This document shows, one piece after another, positions 17,471 through 28,500 of a stretch of 30,533 bases of DNA (positions within the stretch are counted from its first letter, which is position 1; every line of letters begins with the position of its first letter). The DNA is from a virus. Taxonomy: Duplodnaviria > Caudoviricetes. The notes under the pieces were generated by a model that did no database searches, was not told where the DNA came from, and worked only from the letters and a program-made list of their open reading frames with translations. The stretch spans positions 1 to 30,533 of the IMG/VR virus record IMGVR_UViG_3300029318_000064; one strand, 5' to 3'. The position numbers and the translations under genes are program-made.

Positions 17471-20400
17471 TTACTTAATTTCCTGAACTAGTACGGTAAA
17501 GTTGATAATGTCAGCATTAGCATGATCATTTGTCAGAGTCAAAGTGATTCTGGGTTCTGTAGAAGCAGTAAAGTCAAATGATGCTGTATACTGATCAGCA
17601 GAAGTATTCAGAGATGCATATTCATTATGGAAAATATCTGTTCCATTATCTATAACCGAATACTCAGTCATAGATCTCTTTCCAGAACTAGATTTTGAAA
17701 CAACTGTTACTTTACATCCTTTGGAAGAAGAACTAGAATATAGAACAACATTGGATGATTCCAATCCACCTTTAGTTAGAGCAAAAGTTGAAGTGCTAAC
17801 CTTATAATCTGCTAGTTCAAATTCTTTTAGTTCTCCATCAAAGATCTTGACTCCATTAAAACTTCCCGAACCAAAAGTTGTATTAAAATATACATCTCCT
17901 TGATTATCTAATCTCAACACAGGATCAACATTTAATCCAGACGAAAGTCCAAGATCTAAATATTGTTTCGTGCTACTAATAAATGTAGTGGTGGTACTAC
18001 TATTGTCAATAGTAGTAGCATTAGAATTCAAAGTAAGAATTTGAGTATCAACCGCTAAAGAGTTTCCTCCACTAGTAGTGATAGTGTCAATATTTGTAAA
18101 GTCAAGAGCAGTTTCAGTTAACTGTAATGTATTTGAATTATTATTGTAGAAATATAAAATATTTTCATTTGCTGCAGGAGCAGTTTCTGGAATAATGTAA
18201 GTATTACCATCAACGTCTCTGACACCACCAAGAGATGACCAGTTAGTACCACTATATCCTTCAAATTGTTGGATTGTAGTATTGAAACGAATAGAACCAG
18301 GACCAGCAGCTGCAATAGATTTTTCATTGTCAGTACCAGCAGGAATTCTAAAGTGAGTTACAGAATCAACAATTGTTTGTTTACCTGCATTAGGTCTAAG
18401 AATTAAATCTTGTACAGTAGTAGAAATTGCATTATCATGAAGTTTAAGTTCTTGACCAATAACTAGAGGACAATCTTTTGATGGTCCAATTCTAACTTCT
18501 TCTACATTTTCAAATGTAAGTGGTCCTACAGCAATTTGTGACCATGTAAGTTGTGCAGTTCCATTATTTTGAGCACCAGAAGTATGAGTTGGTTCTGATC
18601 CAGTAGTTCCTGTTGTACCAGCTCCTGTAACTTCGTATAAATTATTTTTGTGTTTTAGATATTGTCCAACAGTAACTGTGGTGTTTGCAACCCACTCAGA
18701 ATATGATGGAAGTCCAACTTTAGTAGAGGAAATTTTCTTTACTGAAGTAAAGTCAAGATAGTGTGTGGTTAATTTTGCACTATTAACACCATCATTATAG
18801 AACCATAATGTATTATCATTTGCTCCTGCAGTAAGTTCTGCTAAGATGTAGGTGTTGCCATCAATATCACGAACACCACCCAAAGAAGACCAAGATGTTG
18901 TTGTTGCGTTGTAACCTTCATACTGATTACTATCAGTATTGAAACGAATAGAACCATTTTGTGCCAAACCTCCAGTCAAAGGTCTAGCATTGGTATCACC
19001 AACAGGAATCACTAATGCTGTATCAGTATCAATCTTCGCAATTCTAGAAGAGAAAGGTTGAAGAATGAGGTCATTTCCAGCAGTAGTTTCAATTTCATTT
19101 TCACTAATAAGAATTTTGCCATTAGAACTAAATGTTCCATTACATCTTACAACACCTAATGATGTAATATCACCAGTAGTTGATAACGTAAGATTTGTTG
19201 GACCAATTTTTAGATTTCCCTTAAATTGAGATTCACTGTTAGTTTCTACTACCAAACCATTGGATGCGTTAATGGTATTAATAGAAGCAACGTCACCAGT
19301 AATTGCTGGAGCAGTTAATGTACCAGTAATACTAGCAGTAGTAAAAGTTGCATCTCCAGAGATTGTTGATAGAGAAGTAACACTGCCTGTATCTGCATCA
19401 ATAGAAACAACATCAGAAGATGTGATTTGAGCTACGCTTAACTGGAATCCACTACCAAATACCCTTGGGTTTGTTGTATTTACAGTGAGGAGTGCTTCTA
19501 CGCCATCTGCTCCACCCATATCTGGGTGCGCTTGGCAATAATAGTATAAGTCTGGTGTAGTATCAATTACTTTTAGTGAGAGTTTATCTGCAGTTCTTGT
19601 AACGCCAGCAGTATATTCAACTCCAGAAAATGTTACTACAGTTGCACCTGCAACTAATGGATTGTTACTGAGAGTAATTGTATTTCCATTAACAGCTTCA
19701 ACTGTTGTACCTGCTAAAAGATCACCATCTCCAGATACTTTAGTTACGGACATTCCAACTAAAATACCAGTAGAAGAAGCAACAGTAATGTCTGCAGAAG
19801 ATACACTGAATGTTGTAGAAACATCTGCTACTGTTGTATTAGATCCATCTGGATGAATTGACAATGCAAATGGATGAGAAGATACAGATCCATCAGAGAT
19901 ATCAAAATCATAAACATCACCAGAATAAATTGTTAGATCTGGTGTCAGTGCTCCGTCAATGTAATACTTATTTCCCAGTGAAGTTTCGCTGTCAATGGTA
20001 TAAACATTTCCAGGAACTCCAGTTTTAATTACAGTATCATTTGCATTTAGAGAAGCACCTTTAACCGTTACTGCTGTAATAACTCCACCAACAGTTGTAA
20101 TAGCAACAACTGAAAGTGGAATACCTTGAGCAGCATTTGGGTCTTCTAGTGTGTCTCCAATTACCAGTGCTCCTGCAGCAGGTTCTTGTCCGTTCGCAAA
20201 TGTAAGTATTTCAGTCTGAGATACAGTAACAACTTTTGTGATTGGTTGTGCTAAATCTGTTGGAGATACCGATAAAACGTCTCCAGTATCATAACCATTA
20301 CCACCAGAAACTATTTCTACATCATCAACAATACCTAATGCATCAATTGTAAATGCAAACGGAGTGGTTCCTACGCCAAATGTAGGTCTGACATTTACTG

Positions 20401-22306
20401 TTCCTGTGCCAGCTTGTGTCGCGACTGGAGTAAACTCTAGAGTTGTACCATCAATTACGTTACTGACAGTTGTAGTTCCATCTAAAATTGCTGTTCCAGA
20501 AGCAATAGTAATAATATCTCCAGCAACAACGCCAGTTGTATCCGCAACAGTAATTTGATTTAAAGTTGCAGATACAAATTCAAGTGTAGCTGCTCCATCA
20601 ACTGTTGGGTTAGCAGATAATGTGAGAGTTGTTGCATTGTCAACAGATGCTACAGTTGTTCCAATTGCAACTTGTCCTACATTTGTCTGGTTGCCAATGA
20701 CATTCATGCCAGCAACAATACCAACTGTAGAAGATACAGTAATTTGAGCAGAAGCAGTGCTTAGTGTAGTGGAAACTCCTTGCTTCCTACCAGGAATTGT
20801 TGTTGCTACTCCAGAAAGTCCTGTTGGAAGTCCTAGAACATCGGAAACTGCATATCCAGTTCCTCTGGAAGAGAATTCAAAATCCTTTACTACTCCAGGA
20901 TCAGAGGTTACCGTATATGTAAATCCTGCACCAGCTCCACCAATATCTGCAGTTGCCGCAGAAAGAACATCAGTCTTTACATAATTTTGACCAGCATCTG
21001 TAATTTGTACACCAGTGACAGCACCGAGGTATGTTAACCCAGTAATATTAAATACAAACCCAGAACCAGTAGCACCCTGTCCTAAATCTGGTGTAAAGAA
21101 AGATACATTATCTCCAACTTTATAACCATTTGCATTTGCACCAACGTTAACATCAAATGCAGTAACATTACCAGAAGAAGATGTTACTAAAGCTGTAAAT
21201 CCGTGACCATATACTCCAGCAGATCCAGCAACTACACTAAAGGTATTGCCCATTCCACCATGAACAGCACAATAATATTGATAGTCAGTTGCAAGAGTTG
21301 CATTTGGTTTGACGATAAGATCAATAAAAGCTCCTGCTGTTCCAGGAGTTCCCTTTTGAATTTCAATAAACTCATTACTATCTAAAGGTTGACCAAATCC
21401 CTCAGCAAATGTAAATGGGTGACCAATAACACTTGCATCACTTAAATCAAATCTGTAAGTATTTCCTTGGGTTAGTGTTAAAGTTGGTTGTGTATTGCCA
21501 TCAATAGCGTATACATTATCAGGTGGAGGTGTTCCAGGGTTTGTTACAGTTGTAACAATAAATGTTTGAGTTGGAACGTTTAATAGAGTTACTGATGTTG
21601 ATGTATGATCGCTGTATCCTGTACCAGCATTTGAAATGTTTCCCGCTAAATCTACATCACCAGTAACGACAATTGTTGCTTCTGCTCCAGTACCAGATCC
21701 ACCAGTTAATGATACACCAGTGTAAGTATTGGGTACATAATTATTTCCACCAACAATAGTACCAACAATACCCTCTACTGTAAATCCAGCAGTAGCTCCT
21801 GTACCAGTTCCACCAGATAGAAAAATATTAGTAAAAGTTCCTTCCGAATAATTCAGACCAGAATTTGTGATTGTTCCACCAAATTCAACTACAGTAATTT
21901 CTGCAGTTGCACCATCTCCAGTTCCTCCTGTTAGTGTGACGGGAGTATAAAGACCTGCATCATAGTTTGAACCAGCAGTTAAAACACTGACCCCACTATC
22001 TGTAAGAATATTTTGTTGAACAATAAAATCTTTATAAGAAACTACTTGAGTTATAGAGAAGTCAGCAATCTTTTTTGACTGCCCTACAAACCCAATAACA
22101 CCAGCATCAACTTTGTAAAGACCTAGATTCTCTTGACTAATAAAAGCTAGAGATGGTGCAATTTTTGTTCCATTGCCAAGTTTTAAATTTCCTGTAGAAA
22201 GATCACTTCCTCCTTGAGAAATATTAAAAATTTGGTCACCAATTTGATTAATCTTCTGCCTTTGAAGTTCAAAGGTATCAGTTCTAGCGACTTGAATTGC
22301 TGGCAT
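17471..22306 (-). CDS. Large virion fibre-like protein with two cupredoxin-like motifs (1611 aa)
   Basis: N-terminal VARTDTFELQRQKIN, multiple LTGGTGxGATA repeats, two H...YYCxxHxxMG modules, duplicated GSIRFNT...WSSLGGVRDxDGNTYI block; G/T/V/S-rich composition. Confidence 0.85.
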   Translation of the reverse strand: MPAIQVARTDTFELQRQKINQIGDQIFNISQGGSDLSTGNLKLGNGTKIAPSLAFISQENLGLYKVDAGVIGFVGQSKKIADFSITQVVSYKDFIVQQNILTDSGVSVLTAGSNYDAGLYTPVTLTGGTGDGATAEITVVEFGGTITNSGLNYSEGTFTNIFLSGGTGTGATAGFTVEGIVGTIVGGNNYVPNTYTGVSLTGGSGTGAEATIVVTGDVDLAGNISNAGTGYSDHTSTSVTLLNVPTQTFIVTTVTNPGTPPPDNVYAIDGNTQPTLTLTQGNTYRFDLSDASVIGHPFTFAEGFGQPLDSNEFIEIQKGTPGTAGAFIDLIVKPNATLATDYQYYCAVHGGMGNTFSVVAGSAGVYGHGFTALVTSSSGNVTAFDVNVGANANGYKVGDNVSFFTPDLGQGATGSGFVFNITGLTYLGAVTGVQITDAGQNYVKTDVLSAATADIGGAGAGFTYTVTSDPGVVKDFEFSSRGTGYAVSDVLGLPTGLSGVATTIPGRKQGVSTTLSTASAQITVSSTVGIVAGMNVIGNQTNVGQVAIGTTVASVDNATTLTLSANPTVDGAATLEFVSATLNQITVADTTGVVAGDIITIASGTAILDGTTTVSNVIDGTTLEFTPVATQAGTGTVNVRPTFGVGTTPFAFTIDALGIVDDVEIVSGGNGYDTGDVLSVSPTDLAQPITKVVTVSQTEILTFANGQEPAAGALVIGDTLEDPNAAQGIPLSVVAITTVGGVITAVTVKGASLNANDTVIKTGVPGNVYTIDSETSLGNKYYIDGALTPDLTIYSGDVYDFDISDGSVSSHPFALSIHPDGSNTTVADVSTTFSVSSADITVASSTGILVGMSVTKVSGDGDLLAGTTVEAVNGNTITLSNNPLVAGATVVTFSGVEYTAGVTRTADKLSLKVIDTTPDLYYYCQAHPDMGGADGVEALLTVNTTNPRVFGSGFQLSVAQITSSDVVSIDADTGSVTSLSTISGDATFTTASITGTLTAPAITGDVASINTINASNGLVVETNSESQFKGNLKIGPTNLTLSTTGDITSLGVVRCNGTFSSNGKILISENEIETTAGNDLILQPFSSRIAKIDTDTALVIPVGDTNARPLTGGLAQNGSIRFNTDSNQYEGYNATTTSWSSLGGVRDIDGNTYILAELTAGANDNTLWFYNDGVNSAKLTTHYLDFTSVKKISSTKVGLPSYSEWVANTTVTVGQYLKHKNNLYEVTGAGTTGTTGSEPTHTSGAQNNGTAQLTWSQIAVGPLTFENVEEVRIGPSKDCPLVIGQELKLHDNAISTTVQDLILRPNAGKQTIVDSVTHFRIPAGTDNEKSIAAAGPGSIRFNTTIQQFEGYSGTNWSSLGGVRDVDGNTYIIPETAPAANENILYFYNNNSNTLQLTETALDFTNIDTITTSGGNSLAVDTQILTLNSNATTIDNSSTTTTFISSTKQYLDLGLSSGLNVDPVLRLDNQGDVYFNTTFGSGSFNGVKIFDGELKEFELADYKVSTSTFALTKGGLESSNVVLYSSSSSKGCKVTVVSKSSSGKRSMTEYSVIDNGTDIFHNEYASLNTSADQYTASFDFTASTEPRITLTLTNDHANADIINFTVLVQEIK
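18278..18956. repeat. Intragenic duplication with an identical 22-nt core
   Basis: AGTATTGAAACGAATAGAACCA occurs at 18278-18299 and 18935-18956 (657 nt = 219 codons apart), within a longer protein-level repeat. Confidence 0.85.
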
Positions 22307-22499
22307 TTTTAACTAACTCTCTAAGTAAAGATTTGATCTCAGAAACTTCATTCTTCAACATATTTATGTCTTCCAACGCGGAACCAAGTTGTTTTGATTT
22401 GCGTCTTGCAATGATCGCAGAATCGTCCAAATTAATGATGGCACCAGTGTTTTGGTCTCTTACGAGACCATCATGACCTTCAACTTTGATATAGTCCAT
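22284..22499 (-). CDS. Small phage hypothetical protein (71 aa)
   Basis: MDYIKVEGHDGLVRDQNTGAIIN followed by a coiled-coil (EDINMLKNEVSEIKSLLRELV); fills the gap between two giant genes and overlaps the next start. Confidence 0.8.
   Translation of the reverse strand: MDYIKVEGHDGLVRDQNTGAIINLDDSAIIARRKSKQLGSALEDINMLKNEVSEIKSLLRELVKNASNSSR
22361..22367 (-). promoter_or_regulatory. Candidate late promoter (ATAAATA) for the 1611-aa gene
   Basis: Minus-strand ATAAATA inside the 71-aa gene, 55 nt upstream of ATG 22306. Confidence 0.45.
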
Positions 22500-22508
22500 A
22501 CGCGGAAA

Positions 22509-25500
22509 TTAGAATGCAGCAACAGCGCGAATGTCTTGGATCTTAGGAGCAAATGCAGGATCAACACCAAGCATTACAATTTTGATAGCAAAAGAAGAAT
22601 ATTCTTCAATATCAGATACACTATACTTAAGATCTTGATAAGAAGATTGTTTCTCAACAACACTTGAGATAGTGTTTTCTGTGGTTGCTAGTTCTAATGT
22701 ATCTGGTTGTCCATTTCCATTGAACAATACCCAATCAATATCCTCAAAGTTTTCTTGGCTAGATGCTTTCTTAAACTTATAGAGAACTTGGATATTTGCA
22801 ATGTCCTTGACATTTGCCATTAGATGTACATTAATTGCAGTTGCTGGGTTGTTAATAACAACTTCTTTAGTTACATACTTAGCAATTGCCGAACCATTCT
22901 TAGAAGTATTTTCAGCAACAAAGTCAATACCATTTGTATATGTGACTTTACCTACTTCTAGATAATTTGCTTCTTCATCTGGTTGGTTTGGATACTTGAT
23001 AAAGTCTCCTACACGGAAAATGTCTGCGATCTGATCGCCAACAACAGCATTTCTGTTGTACAGAACACTATCAATAATTCTATCAGTGTAATTATCATTG
23101 ATTGGTTTAATATCAACTCTAGCAGTCAGTTCTTGAGTTTGACTGTTCCAGATAACAGTCTTACCAGTAATAATATTGTCATAAGTCTCAAGAATAACAG
23201 ATGGATTACGTGCTACAATAGTAGAACCATCATCAATAGATGCAAATACTTGTGTTGGGTTAGAATCAACACTGACATTTGTCAATTGTGCTTGATTTCC
23301 TAGAGAAACAAGTTCTCCTTTTTGGAAGAATTGACTTGTCTTGACTCTCACATAAACAACACTACCATTGACTCTAGCAATAGTTCCAGTCGTCTTAGAA
23401 GTTTGTCCTTCAATTGTTTGATTAGCTTGAATTTCAGTTCCAGCATTTCCTGCAAGATCAAATTGATATACTGGATAGAATTCAATAACTTGATCTCTTC
23501 TACCAAACCTAGATTCTTGACCAGTAGCATTTTCAATTCTATTGCTTACTGTTTTTACAGATGCACTAGAAAGATCAATGATTGGAGAAAGATTACTAGA
23601 TGTAGAGGATAATTGCATCTTGTAAGTTAAAGATCTTTCAAGACTGTTTAGAGTCTCATTAATCTCAGAAGCAATCATCTTCTGGTTTGTAAAGTAATGT
23701 GGTTCATTCAAGAAAGTTCTTTCATATTCTGATTGTGAATATGAAGTATAATTTGTAGTTGTTGAATCTACAGGAACTACATTGGTTGTCTTAACAGAAA
23801 CATCTAATGTTGTGCCTGTGAATGTCAAGTAATGAACTTGTGGATATAGAGTCTCAAATTTTCTGTTGTGACTTGCATAAACAGAGGTTCCACCACCAAG
23901 AGAGTTGCCTGCAGCTTGAGATGGGGAAAGGACATTATAAGAGTCAACACCAGAATTAGTAACTTGGAACAAGTTACTATTAATAGTGGAAGCAGTAATA
24001 CCACCTGTCTCTAGAGCAGTTCTATAGAACACATAAGATTTACCACTATCTTCAAAACCATGATCTCTATGATTTACTTTAACAACTGCATTGTTATTCT
24101 TGAATAGTACAGATGTACTAGCAGAATTGGAGCTTGCATTTGTTTCAATTGGGTTTGCATCTAAAAGTTCATAACCAAGGTTGACGTTCTTAAGAAGAAG
24201 TTCTGCAGGTCTAGTAGTATCAAACTCTGCTCTGTAGAGAGTAAACTTAAGATCCTCAAAAATATCTTCTGTCCAACTTTCGGTATTCTGGGAACGGTAT
24301 ACCGAACCTAGTGATGGTTGTGTTGTAATGACGGTACTTGTAGCAATGTCAGTTTCACCTAGTCTGGATACCCATAGTTCATAATCAGTAGAATCAGTTT
24401 CTACTACTAGAGCATACTCTGTATCATTCTGCAGATAAACAGGATAATCAAATGCAAAGTGTGTAGGTGTTGTGGAGTTTGTTACCTCTCCTGCATCAAC
24501 CGCTACACCCATTCTAACCGCTGGTGTATCAATCTCAATAAACGTTTGGATCTCACACCCTCCAGCACCGTTTCCAACGCCTTTAACGACCACAGAAGGC
24601 GCTTCTGTGTAACCAAAACCACTGAGTGATACCTCAGCATTATAAATTTTACCATTAGAGACTTCAATACTTGCAGTAGCAGTAGATCCACCAGGTAATT
24701 GTGGACTCTCAATAGTAAGAATTGCACTATCGTAATTTTGACCAGTGTTAGTAATTCTCATTCTAGACACTTTACCACTGTCTTTTGCAATAGCAAGAAC
24801 AAGGTCTGTATTGTTCAATGCATTTGCTTCTGTAACAGAAGGAATAATTAAATCTTCATTCTGTACAAAAGATTTACCATTGTGATTACTTAGAACAACA
24901 GTATATACTTGCTCATTAGTGAGACTATACTTACCAGATGCAGTCGCAACTAGCTCTACGTTATTCTTATCAAAGATTTTAATAATAGGACCAGATGCAG
25001 CAGAAGATGCACCTGTTACGCTTTCACCCTTATAAACTGCTAGATTACCACTAGCAAAACACTTAAGGAACGTATTTGGAGAAAGCGTCTTTTCAGAACC
25101 AGGAACAATATTCTTAGCTGGTTTTTCTGCATCAACATTAGAAATATATGCTTTTACTGGAATGTTGGTGCTTTTCTTGCTGAAGAACATATCAACACCA
25201 GTAACAAAACAACCACCCTCTAGATTTTCAATCTTAAATGTTTGTGCAAGAGGATTTGGTCTGATAGGATTATCAGTATTACTTTCAATCAACTGAACAC
25301 CTTCATTAGATTTAAAGTAAGAAGGTTTGGTAGATACAATGCTGGCAGGATTTTCTGGAAGAAGACCAGTAGCATAATACTTGACTTCGGTATAACTATC
25401 TACTTCTTCTTTAGGAGCATTAGTTGCACTAGAAGTAAATCTGAAAGTTAATACGCCAGAAGTAATTGATACTTCCTCAGCAGAAGTATCATATGGTAGA

Positions 25501-28500
25501 GTATCTACATCACCAGTCCAGGTTGCATTCTCAAGTGGAGGTAAACCAGCAGGAACAACAATTAGTCCGCTAGCATTACCATACTCATCAGTTGTGATCT
25601 CACCATTAAATGCAGATAGAGAGTTACCAGCAATACCTGTAAATCTTAGGTCTGGATTTACCCAGCGACCAATATCTCTCCCCTCTAAGAAGACATACAT
25701 CTTCGTATTAGGTTTCATTCTTCTAATAACATATCTGACAGGAATACTTCTAGCAAAGAATGCTAGAGAAGTTGAAACTAAACTTTCACCAACACTCTTA
25801 GTCTGGATTCCTTTTCCTACCTCATTATTTTGAGGACTAATATTAGAAGAACTTGCAACGGATGCGCTAGCAACAGAAGTTACAGCTTGCTGTGTATTGA
25901 CTTGTCCTAGAGAATTAATAGTAGTAAACGATGTGGATGTTCCAACCCAGTTAACTACAAAAGAATTGTACAAACTGGAGAAACTTTCTTTTACATTTTC
26001 TTTTGCAAGGAAGATGTTAAACAGATCAGTGTTAGTATCTACTACCAATGGTTCTTCAGTTTGATCATACCAATGATCAATAGATGGGGAAATTTCTCCA
26101 TCACCAACATATTGAAGAACAACAAATGGATTTGGATTTAAAGTCTTAGATGCAAAATCATTTCCTAGTAAATTTAGAGGAGAGAAAGGTAGAGTTACCA
26201 TATCTCCAGACTTCTTATAACCAGAAACAGATCTTTGATCTTCTCTTACGTTTACCTCTTCTAGATTTACAGAATCTTCTTTTGCTTGAGGACGTAGAAC
26301 ACTTTGTTGACTGTCCACTGCACATCTGTAATCAAGGGAAGAAAGATTACCAACCTTGTGTGCTTCAAAGTTATCAACAAAGAATCCAGACTTAAATCTA
26401 TCAAGTCCAATTTCATCCTTGACTTGCATGTTAAGAGCTTGCTGTTCTAGGATGCTGAGTGTAGTATAATACTCAAGACGCTCAATACGCTTCTCTAGTT
26501 TACCGATGTCACGCATAGTGTAACGACGGTTATCAACTGGAGTAACTCTTACATCTTTGGTTGTCTTCGTAAATGCAGGAATATATGCATAGAAGAGAGG
26601 TACAGCATCATCAATAGGATCTGGTTTAGATGGGTTGAGTGATGAATTACCTTCTTTGACAATGAAGTTTCCTTTCTTATCTAAGAAAATACCATCAATA
26701 CGATCTAAGTATTGAATTTGACTGAAGGAGAATGTATACTCTAGTCCTAGGTCTGGAGCTGGTGTGCTTGCTAAGATAGCACCAGGACCAGCAAAAGATC
26801 CAGCAGTAGTCTCAAGAGACGCAATATTGAGGAAACCAGGAATGATAGCACTACTATCAACTTTAGGTCTGAAGTCAATTACATTCTTAAGTTCTAAATT
26901 GCCATGAACTGAAGAGTTAAAAGATGGGATTTCATCTTCTGGAACACCTGCCTCATGTAGATAACTATCAATCGTGCAGAAGTCTCCTTGAGATTGCTCA
27001 AAGTAATCAAATGCGATGAGTAATTGTCCAACTGCAGGATCAAATCCAGGTTTTAGAACAATTCTAGAAACATCATATAATGTATCTCTTTGTCCATTAT
27101 CAAATGTGTATCTAGCAGTAACATCAGTTCCTGAAATTAGATTGCCTGCAGAGTCTACATCTGGTGCTTGAGACGAAGTTCCTTCATAAACATATCTTAG
27201 TTTGAAGGCATCAGAATATGATAGAGTTTCTACAACTTCATTATCGTAGTCTTGTCCTCTAAATGGAACAATGCGATCACCAGCAGAAGCAATAACAATT
27301 CTCTTGTTTCTAACAGCAGTCTTGAGTCTTGGTTTTGCGTTAGATACTTCAAGAGTTGCTGTCAACTTAAGTTTAGGGAAAGTTCCATTAGAAGGAATAG
27401 TTCCAAAATATGTTGATGGTAACTGTAAACTGATACTACCAGATGTAAGACCACTAGCAGTGTCAGTAGCAGATGAAATTTCTACTGCATCATCAGAAAC
27501 ATAGACAATATCTCCCTTAACAATGTTAGGAGCATCGCCTGGATCTAGAACAGTGATGATGAAATTACTTTCACTGAAAGCTGCAAATCTCTGTGTACCA
27601 AATGGTAACTGTGCAGCAAATGTAATTGTACCACCACCAGAAGATGCTGTAGTTACAAAATCTCTACGGAAGTAATACTTAATCTTAGTATCATCTCCAC
27701 CAGAAGAGATTTGAGAAACCTGCTTACTGCCAGTTGGGAATAGTAATGTACCAGAGTTAGTATTTTGTACTTTTGGACGTAAACGTACAATGCTGGTATT
27801 GGTAACATCGCCAGGAAGACATGTATCTAGATAAATTCTAGATTTTGATGCTCCTTCTTGTTTTGTAGCATATTGTACAATTGCACGAACCAGGTTGTTA
27901 CTATCATCTGAGAATTGTACAAGATCTCCTTGCTGTAGAATTGGAGATGCATCAGCACTGAAACTAGTAGATTCAATAAAGTTTGCACCTTGCGATCCAA
28001 AGAATGTGTAGTTAGTAACTGCTTTGATTTCGGATTGTTCTTGACTATCTACAACAACGTCTGCAGAGAAAGAATTGGAGTTTCCAGATCCATAGGAACA
28101 ACCAATAGACTTTACATTTTGTGGTGTGTAAGTCGTAACAGTGTTTCGGAACAGAACGGGAACAACAGCTGCGGCAGAACTAGGTGAACTTGCTCCGTCA
28201 GGATTCTTGACAGTTACTGCTGGTGGTTGTGCATATTCAACATTTACTGCTCTCCTATTAATAATAGTTGCATTGTAAATGTTACCTGCAATAGTTTTAC
28301 CTAGAGCAATCTTAGATGCATCAAATTCAAGACCATTGATTAGTAGAGATACACCATCAGCATATCCCAAACCTCTATTCTGAACTACAAAGTGAGAGAT
28401 TGTATTGTCTCTTGCAATCTTTACAGTATTGCCATCTTCATCTCTGATTGTTTCACCAGACTTAAACTTACCTGATAAAGTTTTGACAAACAGAATTCTT

